DNA of 64,000 nucleotides. Source: Octopus bimaculoides (taxonomy: Eukaryota). Shown piece after piece: positions 1 to 11,930 of this stretch (positions within the stretch are counted from its first letter, which is position 1; each line of letters begins with the position of its first letter). Under the pieces are notes generated by a model, which worked only from the letters and a program-made list of their open reading frames with translations, was not told the DNA's origin and did not search any database. The position numbers and the translations under genes were made by a program. Where the stretch lies: positions 80,750,185 to 80,814,184 of the forward strand of contig NC_068988.1 of the NCBI RefSeq assembly GCF_001194135.2, given 5' to 3'.

Positions 1-605
1 AGCCACCTGGATTACTGCTCACAGCTATGGTCACCCACCAGTGTGAAATTAACAGCGGACCTTGAAGCAATCCAGAGAAGATTCACAAAGAAGATTGTCT
101 CTTTGCAACTGCTCAGCTACTGGGAAAGGCTGAAACAGCTAAGACTCTACTCTCTGGAGAGAAGGCGGGAGAGGTATGCAATAATATACATCTGGAAGAT
201 CCTGGAAGGAATTGTGCCAAATTTTGCATTGAAAGCTACACCAATGCCAGAACAGGATGACACTGCATAGTGCCAAAGATCCCAGCAATGCCATTGCGCT
301 TCGGGACTAGTTACTGCAATAGTTTGGGTTTCAGGGGCCCACAGCTTTTTAATATTCTCCCAAAGAGCCTGAGGAACTTGCACAAAGTAGATGTAGGGGT
401 TTTTAAATCAAAGCTGGACCTTTTCCTGTCGAGAGTCCCAGATGAACCTACCTCACGGCAAGAGGTGCAAATGAGGGTAGCTACATCAAACTCCATTCTT
501 CACCAAGCGCCACATATTGTAGGAGGCTCCCCATAATAACAGTGTAGCAAAACGGCGATGCATCAGCATGGCCGCAGCTCTGAGCTAACTATAGAAAAAA
601 AAAAC
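1..605 (+). mobile_element. CR1-group LINE 3' fragment (RT C-terminus plus 3' tail, frameshifted)
   Basis: Reads HLDYCSQLWSP...LEAIQRRFTKKI...YWERLKQLRLYSLERRRERYAIIYIWKILEG, then ...GFRGPQLFNILP...FKSKLDLFLSRVPDEP; typical post-RT region of CR1-like LINEs; ends in an A-run at ~594-604. Confidence 0.85.
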
Positions 606-859
606 AATCAACTCATTGAAAACTTGAAACTATGAGATAATGCTAAAGGGTTAAGGGTGCATTGAAAGTTTTGACTTTGATGTATTTATTACAAGAAGCA
701 ACTAGCTTTCTTTCTCTAACACTGTACACAGTTCAACAGGTGGTCTCAAAAGAGGACATCCTTATCCTTGGTTTGCTGATCCTCCTGCCTGCCATTCACT
801 CCACGTTCAGGTCTAAGCTCCTCCAGCTAGAAAGACCGATAGGCAGGCAGAAGGCGATT

Positions 860-1500
860 GATGCCCACCCAGCATTGTTCCTGTTAAAGAACTGCTTTGC
901 CATGCCTATGTTATTGTTTATGTTCCACCATGCCCAACCACAAATCTCTCCTCACTGACCTTGATTTCTGTATCCAACAAACCACCAAAGAGATATGCAA
1001 CATTCGTTTCGATGAGACTGGATGGCAACAGGCAACTTTACCCATCAAATATGATTTCAAATTTTGCCACGAGGGCAGCAACTTTGGTGGAGGGGAAGAG
1101 TCGATTACATCAACCGCAGTGTTCAACTGGTACTTATTTTATCGACCCCTACAGGATGAAAGGTCAAGTTGACATTGACCTCAGCCTTCATTCTTCGGTC
1201 TCACTTTCCTTGCCAGTTTTTCTGAACCATCTGTAATTGGAGAATGCGAGGCAACCTACACAATATGGAACCAGCTTGGCCTGCGCCCAGCTGATGTCCA
1301 TCCCCCTCTCCCTTCTGTGGATGTCTGGTCCTCTCAAAAGAAATGGGATGCTATTCCGTTCACAGCAAAGCTTGTCTCAATGTGGTGTCATCACTCGCAA
1401 CTGGCATTCAGCTTGATAGTGACTGCTTGCACATTGGCGTTTCCCTGAGGCTTGGTCTCCAGATCTGTGAGCCTCACAAATGCCGCTACAGATCCTTTAG
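860..1500 (+). mobile_element. CRE-like non-LTR retrotransposon fragment, interrupted by a SINE piece
   Basis: ALFLLKNCFAMPMLL..., EICNIRFDETGWQQATLPIKY and LDSDCLHIGVSLRLGLQICEPHKCR resemble the post-RT/zinc-knuckle region of CRE-clade elements; multiple frameshifts. Confidence 0.6.
1115..1195 (-). mobile_element. SINE family B fragment
   Basis: actggtacttattttatcgacccc..ggatgaaaggtcaagttgac matches the body of the copies at 20350-20575 in reverse orientation. Confidence 0.75.
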
Positions 1501-3724
1501 TCAGAGTGGAAGTTCACTACCCTCCAGGGCCATGCCTTTTCCATTTTGTCTGCTGGTGCCATGAGAAATGTTGAACTATGATTGAAGATAGTGGCCTTTA
1601 CTTTTATTTATTTCTTCTAGTTGTTTTTCTTTTGCTGGGTTGACAATCAACCAACTGCATAGATAAAGGAATTACTTGGTTGTTTGTTTGTTTTTTTATT
1701 TTGTGAATAATCATGTTCTTCTGATGTTGCTGTTAAAAAAGTGTTTTGGAAAATATTAAAATAATAACCTAAACAAATTGATGTGTGAATAACTATACAG
1801 GAATTTTGAAAGAAGTATCTATAATGTTAGTTTTAAACATCGAATGGCTGTGGAAGTTCACCAGCATAAAATAGTAATGAAAGGGGTTCATAAGTGAAAA
1901 ATGGTTGAGAACCGCTTAGTACATAAAGAAACTTAATCAGGATTCTCATTGAGAAAAATTATAGGATGATTTTGTGTGTTGGAATAAGTTTGTATTATTC
2001 CATCAAGAGAAGAATCTACTGTCTTGAAACCGGCCTTTCATCTCAGAAAGAGAGTGGGGGATATTTTTTTCCAGGCACTTCTAGACATTATGCAGCAGCC
2101 TCTATTTAATAAGCCATAAATCTTAAATCATACTCTTCTTTTCATTAACACAAAATTGTCCTGCGCTCTGATAAGCCAGAGGAAATATCTTATTTATTCA
2201 TCTTGTTAATATCTAACTAGATAATTCTGTAAGGAAGTTAATGTATAGTTATTTGTAACTCTGAGTTTCCTTACAATATTAGTAGCTAGGTTAATGGTGC
2301 TCTGGGTAGCTTTCCTTACTTTTTACAAGAGTTCAGTAGCTAAGTCAAAAAGCTATTTGTAGTAGGAATCTCTCTCTTTCTCTCTCCTCCCTCCCTCTCT
2401 TTCTCACTCACTCCCCCTCTTTTTCCTCTCACTTTTCATCTTTGTCTCTCCCTCTTCACACACACACACACACTCTCTCTCTCTCTCTCTTTCACCCCTC
2501 CTCTATCTTCTTGTCAGGTTAATAATTCTTTGTATAAAAATTGGAAATATTTGCAATAGTTTCTGCTTTCCCTCTCTTACACTGCCTTTCCAGCTCATCA
2601 CCGCCACCACCTCTCCTCTTTTTCAGTCTTTGTATGTTAAATCTGTTAATCACTCAACTATGTAGCCCTAAATTGACTGGGTTTTTTTCGGTGTTTTTTA
2701 ACATTTTGTTGCTTGTTCCCCAACCTTTACCAGCTAAAAAAAAAACGAATGTGTTATAAAAGTCAGATTTTTTTCCATTCAATCTACTTAACCTTATACT
2801 TTTAAAGTAATCTTATTGACATAGAACCCACTTTCTAAGTGAATATGTTTCTCGCTGTTGTTGTTGTTTTCTTAATTAATATCTGCAACAACATTGTCAC
2901 TTCATCTATTATTAGTATCATTTTTTCCAACCTACGAGTACTTTTTGTTTTCTTATTCTGGGATGATCTATCAACCTTACAATTTAGTGCTAGAAACAAA
3001 AAACAACTAATCTCTCCAAGAATATATTTACTTATCTTTTATTTACTTTGTATCTTGTAAAATAAATAAATAAATAAATAAATAACTCTCTCTTCTCTGT
3101 TATACAAAACATTGGTGAAATTCTTCTCTAAGCAGTTAATCCTTCTCAGATGACCATTTGGAAGTTCAAATCTTCTGCAAGTATTTTGTTTTGTCTAAGA
3201 ACATGACACTTAATTCTGTTAGTTCCAGTTTGAAATTAGCATCAGATATCTCAATGTCCCATGAGACTACCTTCCTATCCAGGATATATTTGATTCTCAT
3301 CTGTTTCACATTATAGAACTAAAGACAAAAAGCAGCCTTGTGAAGCATGGGGATAGAGGATGTACTTCATTTTTAGTTATATCTATTGGCCTCACTGGTT
3401 TTTGAGATAAAATTAAAGACCCAACCCACCTCCACAGTAATTTGGATTGTCTTCAGGGGAGAAGTTTCTGTTTGTATAACAGTTGAAAGAAATGTAATCT
3501 CATTACCATATACAGACACCATATATGACTGTTGCCTAGCCATATGTGTTGCCTAGCTTTTGTTATAAGATAGTGCTGTCTCTATTTGTCATGTTTCCTC
3601 ACTGTTATTTTAATGATTATATTGAAAAACATGACTAAAGCCAGTTCTCTTCCAATCTAACAACTTGAAGAACAAGAAAGATCAGAGGGTACCCCACTTA
3701 TTACAGGACACTTTTGAGAAAATG

Positions 3725-3950
3725 CACCATCTGTCACTACCAATGGGAGCCTCACTTTGGCTGCTTGATCTGCTAGGCTTAGCAGCCAAATCTCCCTCAA
3801 ATTACATCGTATCATCTTAAAAATGAAAGAAAGAATATATTTTATAACGTAGTTCACAACCTTAAAAAACAGATGTCATGTTCATGGCTGCAATATCTTC
3901 AATCAAAGGTCTGCTTGGTGAGGGATGACCCTATGCTAAACAACCATTTG
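3725..3950 (+). repeat. Unclassified dispersed repeat (family D); related copies at ~17960-18125, ~26835-26995, ~35625-35730
   Basis: Shared blocks ccctcaaattac..., gttcatggctg.aat, aggtctgc and a ctaaacaac end in four degenerate copies. Confidence 0.45.
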
Positions 3951-4019
3951 ACCTCTCCATTGAAAGCTACTATTATTTTTCAACCTATGATGTATAAAGA
4001 TGAACTTTGTCAAAGGTTT

Positions 4020-4230
4020 TGGAGATAGTCTTTTCTGCTATAGGCACAAGGCCAGAAATTCTTGGGTAGAATGTTAGTCAATTACAGTGATCTCAGTACT
4101 CAACTGGTACTTCATTTATCAACCCCAAATGGATGAAAGGTAAAGTCGACCTCAGCAGAATTTGAACTCAGAATGTAAAGGATGATGAAATACTGCTAAC
4201 CATTTTGTCTGGCATGATTCTGTCTTGTTA
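4020..4230 (-). mobile_element. SINE family B (tRNA-derived)
   Basis: Reverse complement contains ttctgagttcaaattc (B-box-like) and the family body; other minus copies at ~6945-7135, ~7170-7330, ~26275-26370. Confidence 0.85.
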
Positions 4231-4683
4231 TCACTGCTGCTGTGATGATGATGATGACAATTATCATCATCATCATCAGTTTCTTTCTACAATATCCACT
4301 CACAAGGCTTTGGTCAGCCCTAATTTATAGTAGAAGACACTTGCCGAAGGTGTCGTACCTGCTCAATATATATCAGTGTATATTTATATTCTTATCTAAG
4401 CAATAGAAACTGGGAGGATGTGATATCAGAAACTTCTTTCAGCTGTTATCAAGCATTGGGTAGGAGGACGTGTATGTATAAGAAAAGGGAAACATAAAAA
4501 TTTATGATGTGAGAAGAGGAGTTGAAGAGTTAATGGAGGAATATATAATTATATTATATCAAATAATGAATGGATGACTTGTTTTTAATAAAATTATCAA
4601 TTTGCAGATTATTCATATTCATAAATGAAACTTTTTTTTTATTGTTTCAATTAATTTGATTTCTGATCATTTTCATATATCAG

Positions 4684-4765
4684 ATTTCCTGGATGTGTAC
4701 ATGGTCCCAGACTAGACGAGACTGATGAATATATTATCACATTTATTGGTGGACATAGCAAATGA
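4684..4765 (+). CDS. Candidate terminal coding exon of an upstream gene (xFPGCVHGPRLDETDEYIITFIGGHSK*)
   Basis: Non-repetitive island; pyrimidine-rich tract ending cag at 4681-4683; open frame from 4685 to TGA at 4763-4765; protein not recognised and an alternative frame (FLDVYMVPD*) is possible. Confidence 0.3.
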
Positions 4766-5119
4766 GAATGTTATTACTTCTAATAAAGGATTCTAGGTCA
4801 AATCTAGCTTGGGTTTATTTATATATCAAGGAATATTACACCTGATATTGACTGCAGATGAAACCAATTAAAATATAGAGTAGTTGAAGATGGTATCAAA
4901 AAATCAAAAGAAAGTTAATACTCAGAAGAATTATAATTGTTTAATTACCTGTCTAAGATTGGCATGACATTTTGTTTGAATCTTTAATAATTCTGTGATT
5001 CCCCCATACTTGCCTTAATTTGTAACATTGGCACTGGATTACAAATTTGCAGTTTACTATGCTAACCTTTCACTCCATTACTGATATTATTTTATTAGCT
5101 TTGGAGGAAAACATTAAGT

Positions 5120-6900
5120 CAACACTGGTTACAGTTCATTGATGATATTTTCTTTTTGTCTGAGAAGGATCACAGGATAGTTTAATTGACTTCTTGCATT
5201 TCTGTGACTGTTATTCTAAAAACTATGGCTTTAAGTCCAAAATAAAATTTACATCAATTTTTTCAAAAACTAGCATTGAATTTTTGCTTACAAAAGTTAA
5301 GTTTTCTGGAGGCAGAATAGTAACAGAGTTATTTTGCAAGCCCACGTCATCCCGCATTCACCTCCACTGCCAGTCCGATCATCCACATCATATAATTCAG
5401 TCAAATCCGAAATCCCAATTTTTGAGGATAAACAGATTTGTACTGACATAGGGGATTACTGGAAACATGCAAATGCTTTTGTACACCATTATGTCAAATG
5501 CAGTTACAGTGAATTACGATTAAAAGAAATAGCTAAGATTAACAAAGAAAGTCAAACTTTCATGCATAATTTTAGCAAACAGTATATTATGTGATAGAAT
5601 TCTTTTAGTGATTAACTGGCACTGAAATTTCACTGGAACTTCAAAAGTGTTGCATGAAAGTTACCAGCATGTTGCAGAAAAATATCCTTGTTTCAAACAA
5701 ATATTTCCTCAGCTGCCTATTGTAGCCTTTAGATGGAATAAAAATATGAGAACTATTAACCTCTACTTCTGACTCCAAGAAAACTAGCATTGGAGTATCT
5801 GCATGCTGTACCTTCACAGAGAGGTAAGCCCTGTTCATTGTGCCACAACATGAGTCAAGTGAATTTCATCAGGAATCATAACAGAAATGTTATGAGTTAT
5901 ACAGTCGGTGGGACATGTAGAGATTCTCATTTGTGTATGCAGCAGAATGCTTGAAACAGAACTTGATTTATGTTGGTTGTGCAACAGAACAATTAAACAA
6001 AAATTTAGTGGGCTCAGATACGACATCAGGCACAATAATAATAGTTCAACAGAACTTGCTGAACATTTTGCATCAAACAGCTGCAATTTTGAAAAAGACT
6101 TGAAAGTGCATATTCTCGGAAAATATTCTGAATCTGATACTCTTTCAATACTCAAAATGCATGAGGTTATTAACATCATGCCTTGGAGGAATGAATAAAA
6201 TAACAGGAGAATTTCATTAAATTTACACAAAACTAATTAAATTTTCTTCTTCTTTTTCCTTTTTGTTGTATAGTGAAACTGTACACCCTTCCCTGAGTAA
6301 AAAGTGGCAGTAGCTAGCTGTTATAAATAGACCACTAGCAGGTCGACAGGAGAAGGTCAGAGGTCGAGAGTATGTGTAGACTGTTTTGATAGTCATGTCT
6401 GGGCTGATATAGTAATCATACTGTGATACTGAGTGAACGATATAATACTCCAACCTTTTGAGGATAATAACACTGTTTGACTAGGGGGTCATATAGTGCC
6501 AGATAGAAGCATTCTATTGATGTCTTCGGTAATATAACGATATCTGTCAGAGCGACAGCCATCATCCAAAGATAGATACTAAAGTGGTAAAAGACCCCTT
6601 CACAATACTTTTCTTTTTTCTTTCCTTTTCTTTTTTTCTCTCCTTTTCTGTTTTCTCTTTTTTTTTTTTTTTGCCAGTTGTAAAATTGAAACTTGAAGAC
6701 TAATAATATCATTCTATCAACGTGTGGACATTGGTTGCTCTCGTTCGTATTTTACATTTGAATCTCTAGAATTTTGAATTTTTATCACTTTTTATTTTGA
6801 ACTCAACAAAGACAGGTTTGCTGTCAGAAGTATTTTTCATCCAATAAAATACCTCTTGCAATTACATCACACTTTTTGTCTTGTCTGTTTACCTTTGTGA
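5120..6900 (+). mobile_element. Penelope-like element 1 (RT C-terminal half, GIY-YIG region, 3' UTR), decayed
   Basis: WLQFIDDIFF (motif C), IKFTSIFSKTSIEFL...VTELFCKPTSSRIHLHCQSDHPHH (PLE thumb), Cys-rich linker and ...STELAEHF...DLKVHILGK (GIY-YIG C-terminal part); AATAAA at 6843. Confidence 0.8.
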
Positions 6901-8220
6901 AGAGTTACATCAATCCTTTAAAAAAAAATTTAAAAAAATAATAATGGTTTAAAATTTTGGCACAGGGCCAGCAGTTTCAAGGCAGGGGTTAAGTTGATTA
7001 TATTGACCCCAGTGCTGAAGTAGTACTTATTTAATTGACCTCAAAAGGATGACAGGCAAAGTCAACCTCAGTGGAATGTGAACTCAGAACCTGAAGACAG
7101 ACAAAATGCCACTAAGCATTCTACCTGATGTAATAATGATGATGATGATGATGATGATGATGTTAATAATTATTGTTTCTGATTTTGCCTCAAGGCTAGT
7201 AATTTTGAAGAGGTGAAATAAGTTGATCTCATCAACCTCAGTACTAAAGACTGGTACTTTTTCTTATCAATCTCAGAGGTTTGAAAGGCAAAGTCAACCT
7301 TGGTAGGATATGAACTCTAAACGTCATATTCAGTATACTGTTATTTAATGTACTATTTGAGTGCAGTGGTTCATATAATTGATAATACCTTCCCCCAAAA
7401 CACAACTTTCTGCCAAAGGTACTGGAAATCCTGATTTAATTTATTGTTTGTTATTATCATTATTAGGTCCATTATTATTATCAACATCACCATTTTAATC
7501 TTGTAAATAAATCTTTTTTTCATGGATAAATAAAAAGATGAGTAGAAGAAATATGATATTGTATGAGATTAGTGACCAACCAAATTACCTGATGATGGTC
7601 TTCCATAGTTAACTACATTATACATGTTCTTATATTTACTATATATATCAGGTTGGTTCTGGTATTTCTAGAAGCATCTTTATCGTGTGTGCTTATGTAT
7701 GTGTGTGTGTAGGGGTGGGGTTCTAATCTCAAAAGAGCTGTTATTTTCTCTCCTGTATTCTCAGTCACACAGCCTGACCTAAATTACAGACATAACAGTT
7801 GAAGTAGTTTGATAAATGTCACATTTTAGGGTTCATGCAAGGGACAGGATACAGTTAGTTTCCTTTTACAGGGGCAATTTTGGCTGCCATTACTGATGTT
7901 GTTCTTGCTGTTGCTGCTGTTTGATTTTTTTTCTTTTTATCAAATAGGATATAAGTATATTGAGAGTGGGGGGGGGGTACACACACACACATACATATGT
8001 AAGTATCTATGTACATACATGGGTGAGGGGGATAGATTCTCTCAAATGCCCTACAGGTTCCCTAGAGTTAGTAGGTAGTTAGTTTCTGTTACCTAGATGA
8101 CCTAATTAGCATTGGAAGAGGTTGTTCTGGAAATATAGTTGTTAGAATAATAACAGAATGAAAATAGTTCAGGGCATTATTATCTCTGAGGGAAAGACCC
8201 GCTTGTCTAAGAAAAGGTCT

Positions 8221-9072
8221 GGATCTTTTTGGTTTGACGGGCAACATTTTTCATTAATGTTTTATGTAGTGTTTTTGGTACCGAAACACTTTCAAACTTC
8301 GTATACTTGTATATTTTGTATTATAGAAAAGATAAAAATTTTTGTATTTGAAGTTATTTCATGTAAAAAGTTGTATTTCAGTAATTTCAACCAATCACCG
8401 ACGTCTATTGAGGTGAAAATAATTAATGGCATGGAATGTAAACAACGGTGTCATGGGATCTTTTCCCTTGAATAAAATTAGTGCCGTTGTTTGTCAACAA
8501 CAACTACCCGTGTTACTCTTATTTATGACATCGTTCGTGCGTTTGTACTGGTTTTAGCTTTAGGGTTTTAGGGTTAGGGTTCAGGTTTTAGAGTTAGGGT
8601 TAGTTTTAGGATTACGGTTAGGGTTATGATTATTTTTGCTATAACCTCACTCATAACCCTAACCCTAACCCTAAAACTCATAACCATAACCCTAACCCTA
8701 ACCCCAACCCTANNNNNNNNNNCCCTAACCCTAAAACCCTAATCCTAACTCTAAAACCCGAACCCTAACCCTAAAACCCTAAACCCTTACTAGGAAATAT
8801 TGATATAATTAAACAGAGAATAACACTCTTGACACCGGTAAAAATTATTGTTTATAAAAAGAGCACTAACTGTATTCAGCTGAATAGACGTCAGTGATTG
8901 GTTGAAATTACAGAAATACGACAACTTTAACATGAAATAACTTATTAAGAACTAATTTTTGTTAAGAAGGCTTAGAGAAAAAGATGTTTTATATGACACA
9001 TTCTACCAGTATCCCAAGTTTGAAAGTGTTTCGTTAAGAAAACAAGTGTTGCCCTTCAAACCAAAAAGATCC
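8221..9072. mobile_element. MITE copy 1: 26-bp TIRs starting GGATCT, 8-bp TSD AAAGGTCT, internal telomeric-repeat arrays (Merlin-like)
   Basis: TIR GGATCTTTTTGGTTTGACGGGCAACA (8221-8246) vs 9047-9072 with 1 mismatch; TSD at 8213-8220 and 9073-9080; removing it rejoins an RTE reading (..KGLSLRVRDRLYHACV). Confidence 0.92.
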
Positions 9073-9703
9073 AAAGGTCTCTCCCTCAGAGTAAGAGACA
9101 GATTGTATCATGCTTGTGTTGGAACAACAATACTATATTGTAATGAGACATGGACTCTGAATGCAGAGGACTTGTGGAGACTAATGACGAAATGATGTTA
9201 GTATGCTCTGTGGGATGTGCAATGTCAGTTGCATATACAACAAAGTGCAGATGTGTTAAGACAAAAATTGAGCATAAAAAGAATCAGAAATAGTGTGCGA
9301 GAGGGAAGTCTGTGCTGGTATGGTCACGCAATGTATATGTACGATGACAGCAGTATAAAGATATGCCAATCACTTAAAGTGGATGGAACTAATGAAATTT
9401 ATTTTTTATGGAAACCCACGTTTTCAGCTATGGAGATTCTGATTCTGAAAAAAAATTGGCAAAAATTGCAACTTTAAAATTTCAATTCCCCCACCATGCC
9501 AAAACTGGCCTCGCCTGAGCTGGTGCCATGTAAAGAGCACTCAGTCCACTCTGCAGGTGGTTGGTGTTTGGAAGGGCATCCAGCTGTAAAAACCATGCCA
9601 AAACAGATACAGAAGCCTGGTTAGTCTCCTACCTGGTTGGCTCCTGTTAAACCATCCAGCCCATGCCAACATGGAAGGTGGACGCTAAACGATGATTATG
9701 ATA

Positions 9704-9705
<2 letters not shown>
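9073..9705 (+). mobile_element. RTE LINE 3' fragment (RT tail plus 3' UTR ending in ATG-type repeat)
   Basis: GLSLRVRDRLYHACVGTTILYCNETW; ...LCWYGHAM..; followed by the family C 3' end ...ggacgctaaacgatgattatgat. Confidence 0.85.
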
Positions 9706-9739
<34 letters not shown>

Positions 9740-9819
9740 TTGTGTGTATGTATGTATGTATGTGTGTGTGTGTATGTATGTATGTACTCAACCATACATA
9801 CATACATACACACACAGAG

Positions 9820-10350
9820 TCTTAGGATCAATTCAGATGGCTGTGTGAAGTTGCTGGAGACTGTAATGAATCCCTGGCTAGAGAGGGTTGCTACTGGAAG
9901 GTCGTGTTTGGCAGCAGGATTCAGCTCCTTGTCATTCTTCTGAAAAGAGTCAGAAGTGGTTGTTGGATGCAATTTCGCTAACTTCACCAGCCCCAATTCC
10001 TGGCCTCCTAGTTCCCCTGAAGATAATCCCATGGATCACTATGTGTGGGGAGCAGTCAAGAAAAACACCAGCCACACTGTCTGAAAAACCAAGGCTGAGC
10101 TGGTGGCCAAGATCAAGGAGGTGTTCAAAAATCTTCCCAGGGATACAGTGAGGAATGCATTTGCTAGGTTCCAGAGCCATCTTGAGGTTGTGGTGGAAGC
10201 TGAGGGCTGCTACTTTCAGTAGACTGTTATCTCCCAGCTATAATCTAAGTAATATTTTTGATTTTTTAAAAATACTTTTATTTTGGGGTGGGATATTGAG
10301 TTACGTTTTCTTTTTATGCAAGGTATCAAATTTAGCCTGAATATCCTGTA
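9820..10350 (+). mobile_element. Tc1/mariner-superfamily transposase C-terminal remnant (probably DD37D/maT-like)
   Basis: VWQQDSAPCHSSEKSQKWL, P.S..NPMDHYVWGAV, AELVAKIKEVFKNLPRDTVRNAFARFQSHLEVVVEAEG; TIR-like end ...atatcctgta. Confidence 0.75.
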
Positions 10351-10451
10351 AAGGACATGGCTATCTCTAATGCTGGTGTCACAAGAATGGCACCCAAAAT
10401 CTGTACCTGTTGTTTTTACTGCACACACACACACACACAAACATCCTGGAC

Positions 10452-10680
10452 CAGTGGTTCTCCACTAGGGTTTATATGGCCCTTGGAGATCCATATAAGA
10501 TTTTATTGTTAAAATTTATCTGGAATAAATTGTTTACACATTTTTTAATACAACTCCTAATAATATTTCATAATAAAAATATTATAGGATTTTTTAAACA
10601 TTGAATGGTTATGAGGGTACACACAAGTAAAATAGGAATCAAATGGGTCCATAGGTAAAAAAAATTGTTGTGAACCACTG
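10452..10680. mobile_element. hAT-type MITE
   Basis: Termini CAGTGGTTC...GAACCACTG; degenerate 8-bp TSD TCCTGGAC/TCCTACAC (6/8); a similar right end lies at ~1900-1917. Confidence 0.75.
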
Positions 10681-10829
10681 TCCTACACTGTATCTTGTTA
10701 AAGTCCACTCAGCTAACTGCCCATATAGTCAGTCCCTAACACTCTCCAACCTCTTGTCCTAGACATATTGTCTCCTCTCTTTACCTTTCCTACCCTAGAC
10801 ATATTGTCTCCTCTCTTTACCTTTCCTTA

Positions 10830-11035
10830 CCTTTCCTACCCTTTGCTCCTTGGAACTGGCTGCTTTATGTTCCTTCATCACTCATATTGTGCCCTCACCC
10901 CCAAGACTTCATGCAAATCACTCTGTGACAGAATGTCAATCCTCTGGAACAATTCTCTCCCTGCACATATTTTTCCTGCAGCTATTGTCTTGCAACAGTT
11001 GAAGAATAACATTAATGGCATCAGTCTTGTGGATC
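10830..11035 (+). mobile_element. CR1/L2-like LINE 3' remnant
   Basis: RMSILWNNSLPAHIFP...LQQLKNNIN resembles the LWNSLP..VFP..YNLQ.FK C-terminus of CR1/L2 ORF2. Confidence 0.55.
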
Positions 11036-11649
11036 TTGGAATGTCTTTATCTGTCTCCCCCTCCAGATCAGTTCAGTAAAACACACAAACACACACATCA
11101 AGCATAAATACACCCAAACACACACATAGACAAACATACGAGCTAACACACACACAGAGGCATGCACACACGGATACACACATGCACAAATGCACAGACA
11201 CACAAAGCACAATACAAACATATGTAGACACACATGCACATACATAAACATAGCACTAGTATCGTGGATAAGAACACTGAAACTGCATTAGAAAAATAGA
11301 GTTGTAAGGTCAAAGAGTAAGTGTATAATATTAAATAGGAGGAATATGGCTTTGGGAGACAATACTGAACAAGTTATTGTATAGAAAGGTTAATGGTACA
11401 CAGTTGTTCAATGTATGGAGTTACTGATTATGATGCTGATGAATGGCTGTAGTAGCAGTGGTGGAGTTGGTAGAAGTGACAGCGGTGGTGAGACAACTAT
11501 GAAATTATGAATTACTGTTGTTGCTGTGTAGCCTCACTCAGTTGCATTTCACCTGACCTTTGACATAGAGAAAGTATGTTGGTATGTGGGAGGAGAGGAA
11601 GGGAACTAAATAATTAAATCAGCATTTCTAGTCATGGCCACCCCATCAT

Positions 11650-11930
11650 TATCATCATCATCATCATCGTTTAACATCCGCTTTCTATGCTAGCATGGGT
11701 TGGACGGTTTGCCTGAGAACTGGCAAGCCGGGAGGCTACACCAGACTCCAAACTGATTTGGCAAGGTTTCTACAACTGGATGCCCTTTCTAATGCCAACC
11801 ACTCTGAGAGTGTAGTTGGTGCTTTTTACATTCCACTGGTACAGGAGCCAGGATGGTACTTTTTATGTTCCATCAACACGGATACCAGTCAGGCAGCATT
11901 GGCTTAGGCCATGCTTGAATGGTGCTTTGA
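11650..11930 (-). mobile_element. RTE 3' end (family C), 5'-truncated
   Basis: (CAT)n followed by cgtttaacatccgctttc.atgctagcatgggttggacg...ctggatgcccttt; other copies at ~16945-17085(-), ~24060-24340(-), ~26385-26600(-), ~49315-49850(-), ~51395-51665(+), ~60280-60395(+), ~62340-62440(-). Confidence 0.85.

Noticed and set aside
8552-8786. Head-to-head telomeric arrays as a chromosome end-to-end fusion scar
   Set aside because: They lie inside an element with TIRs and an exact 8-bp TSD that interrupts an RTE fragment, and a sister element carries similar arrays.
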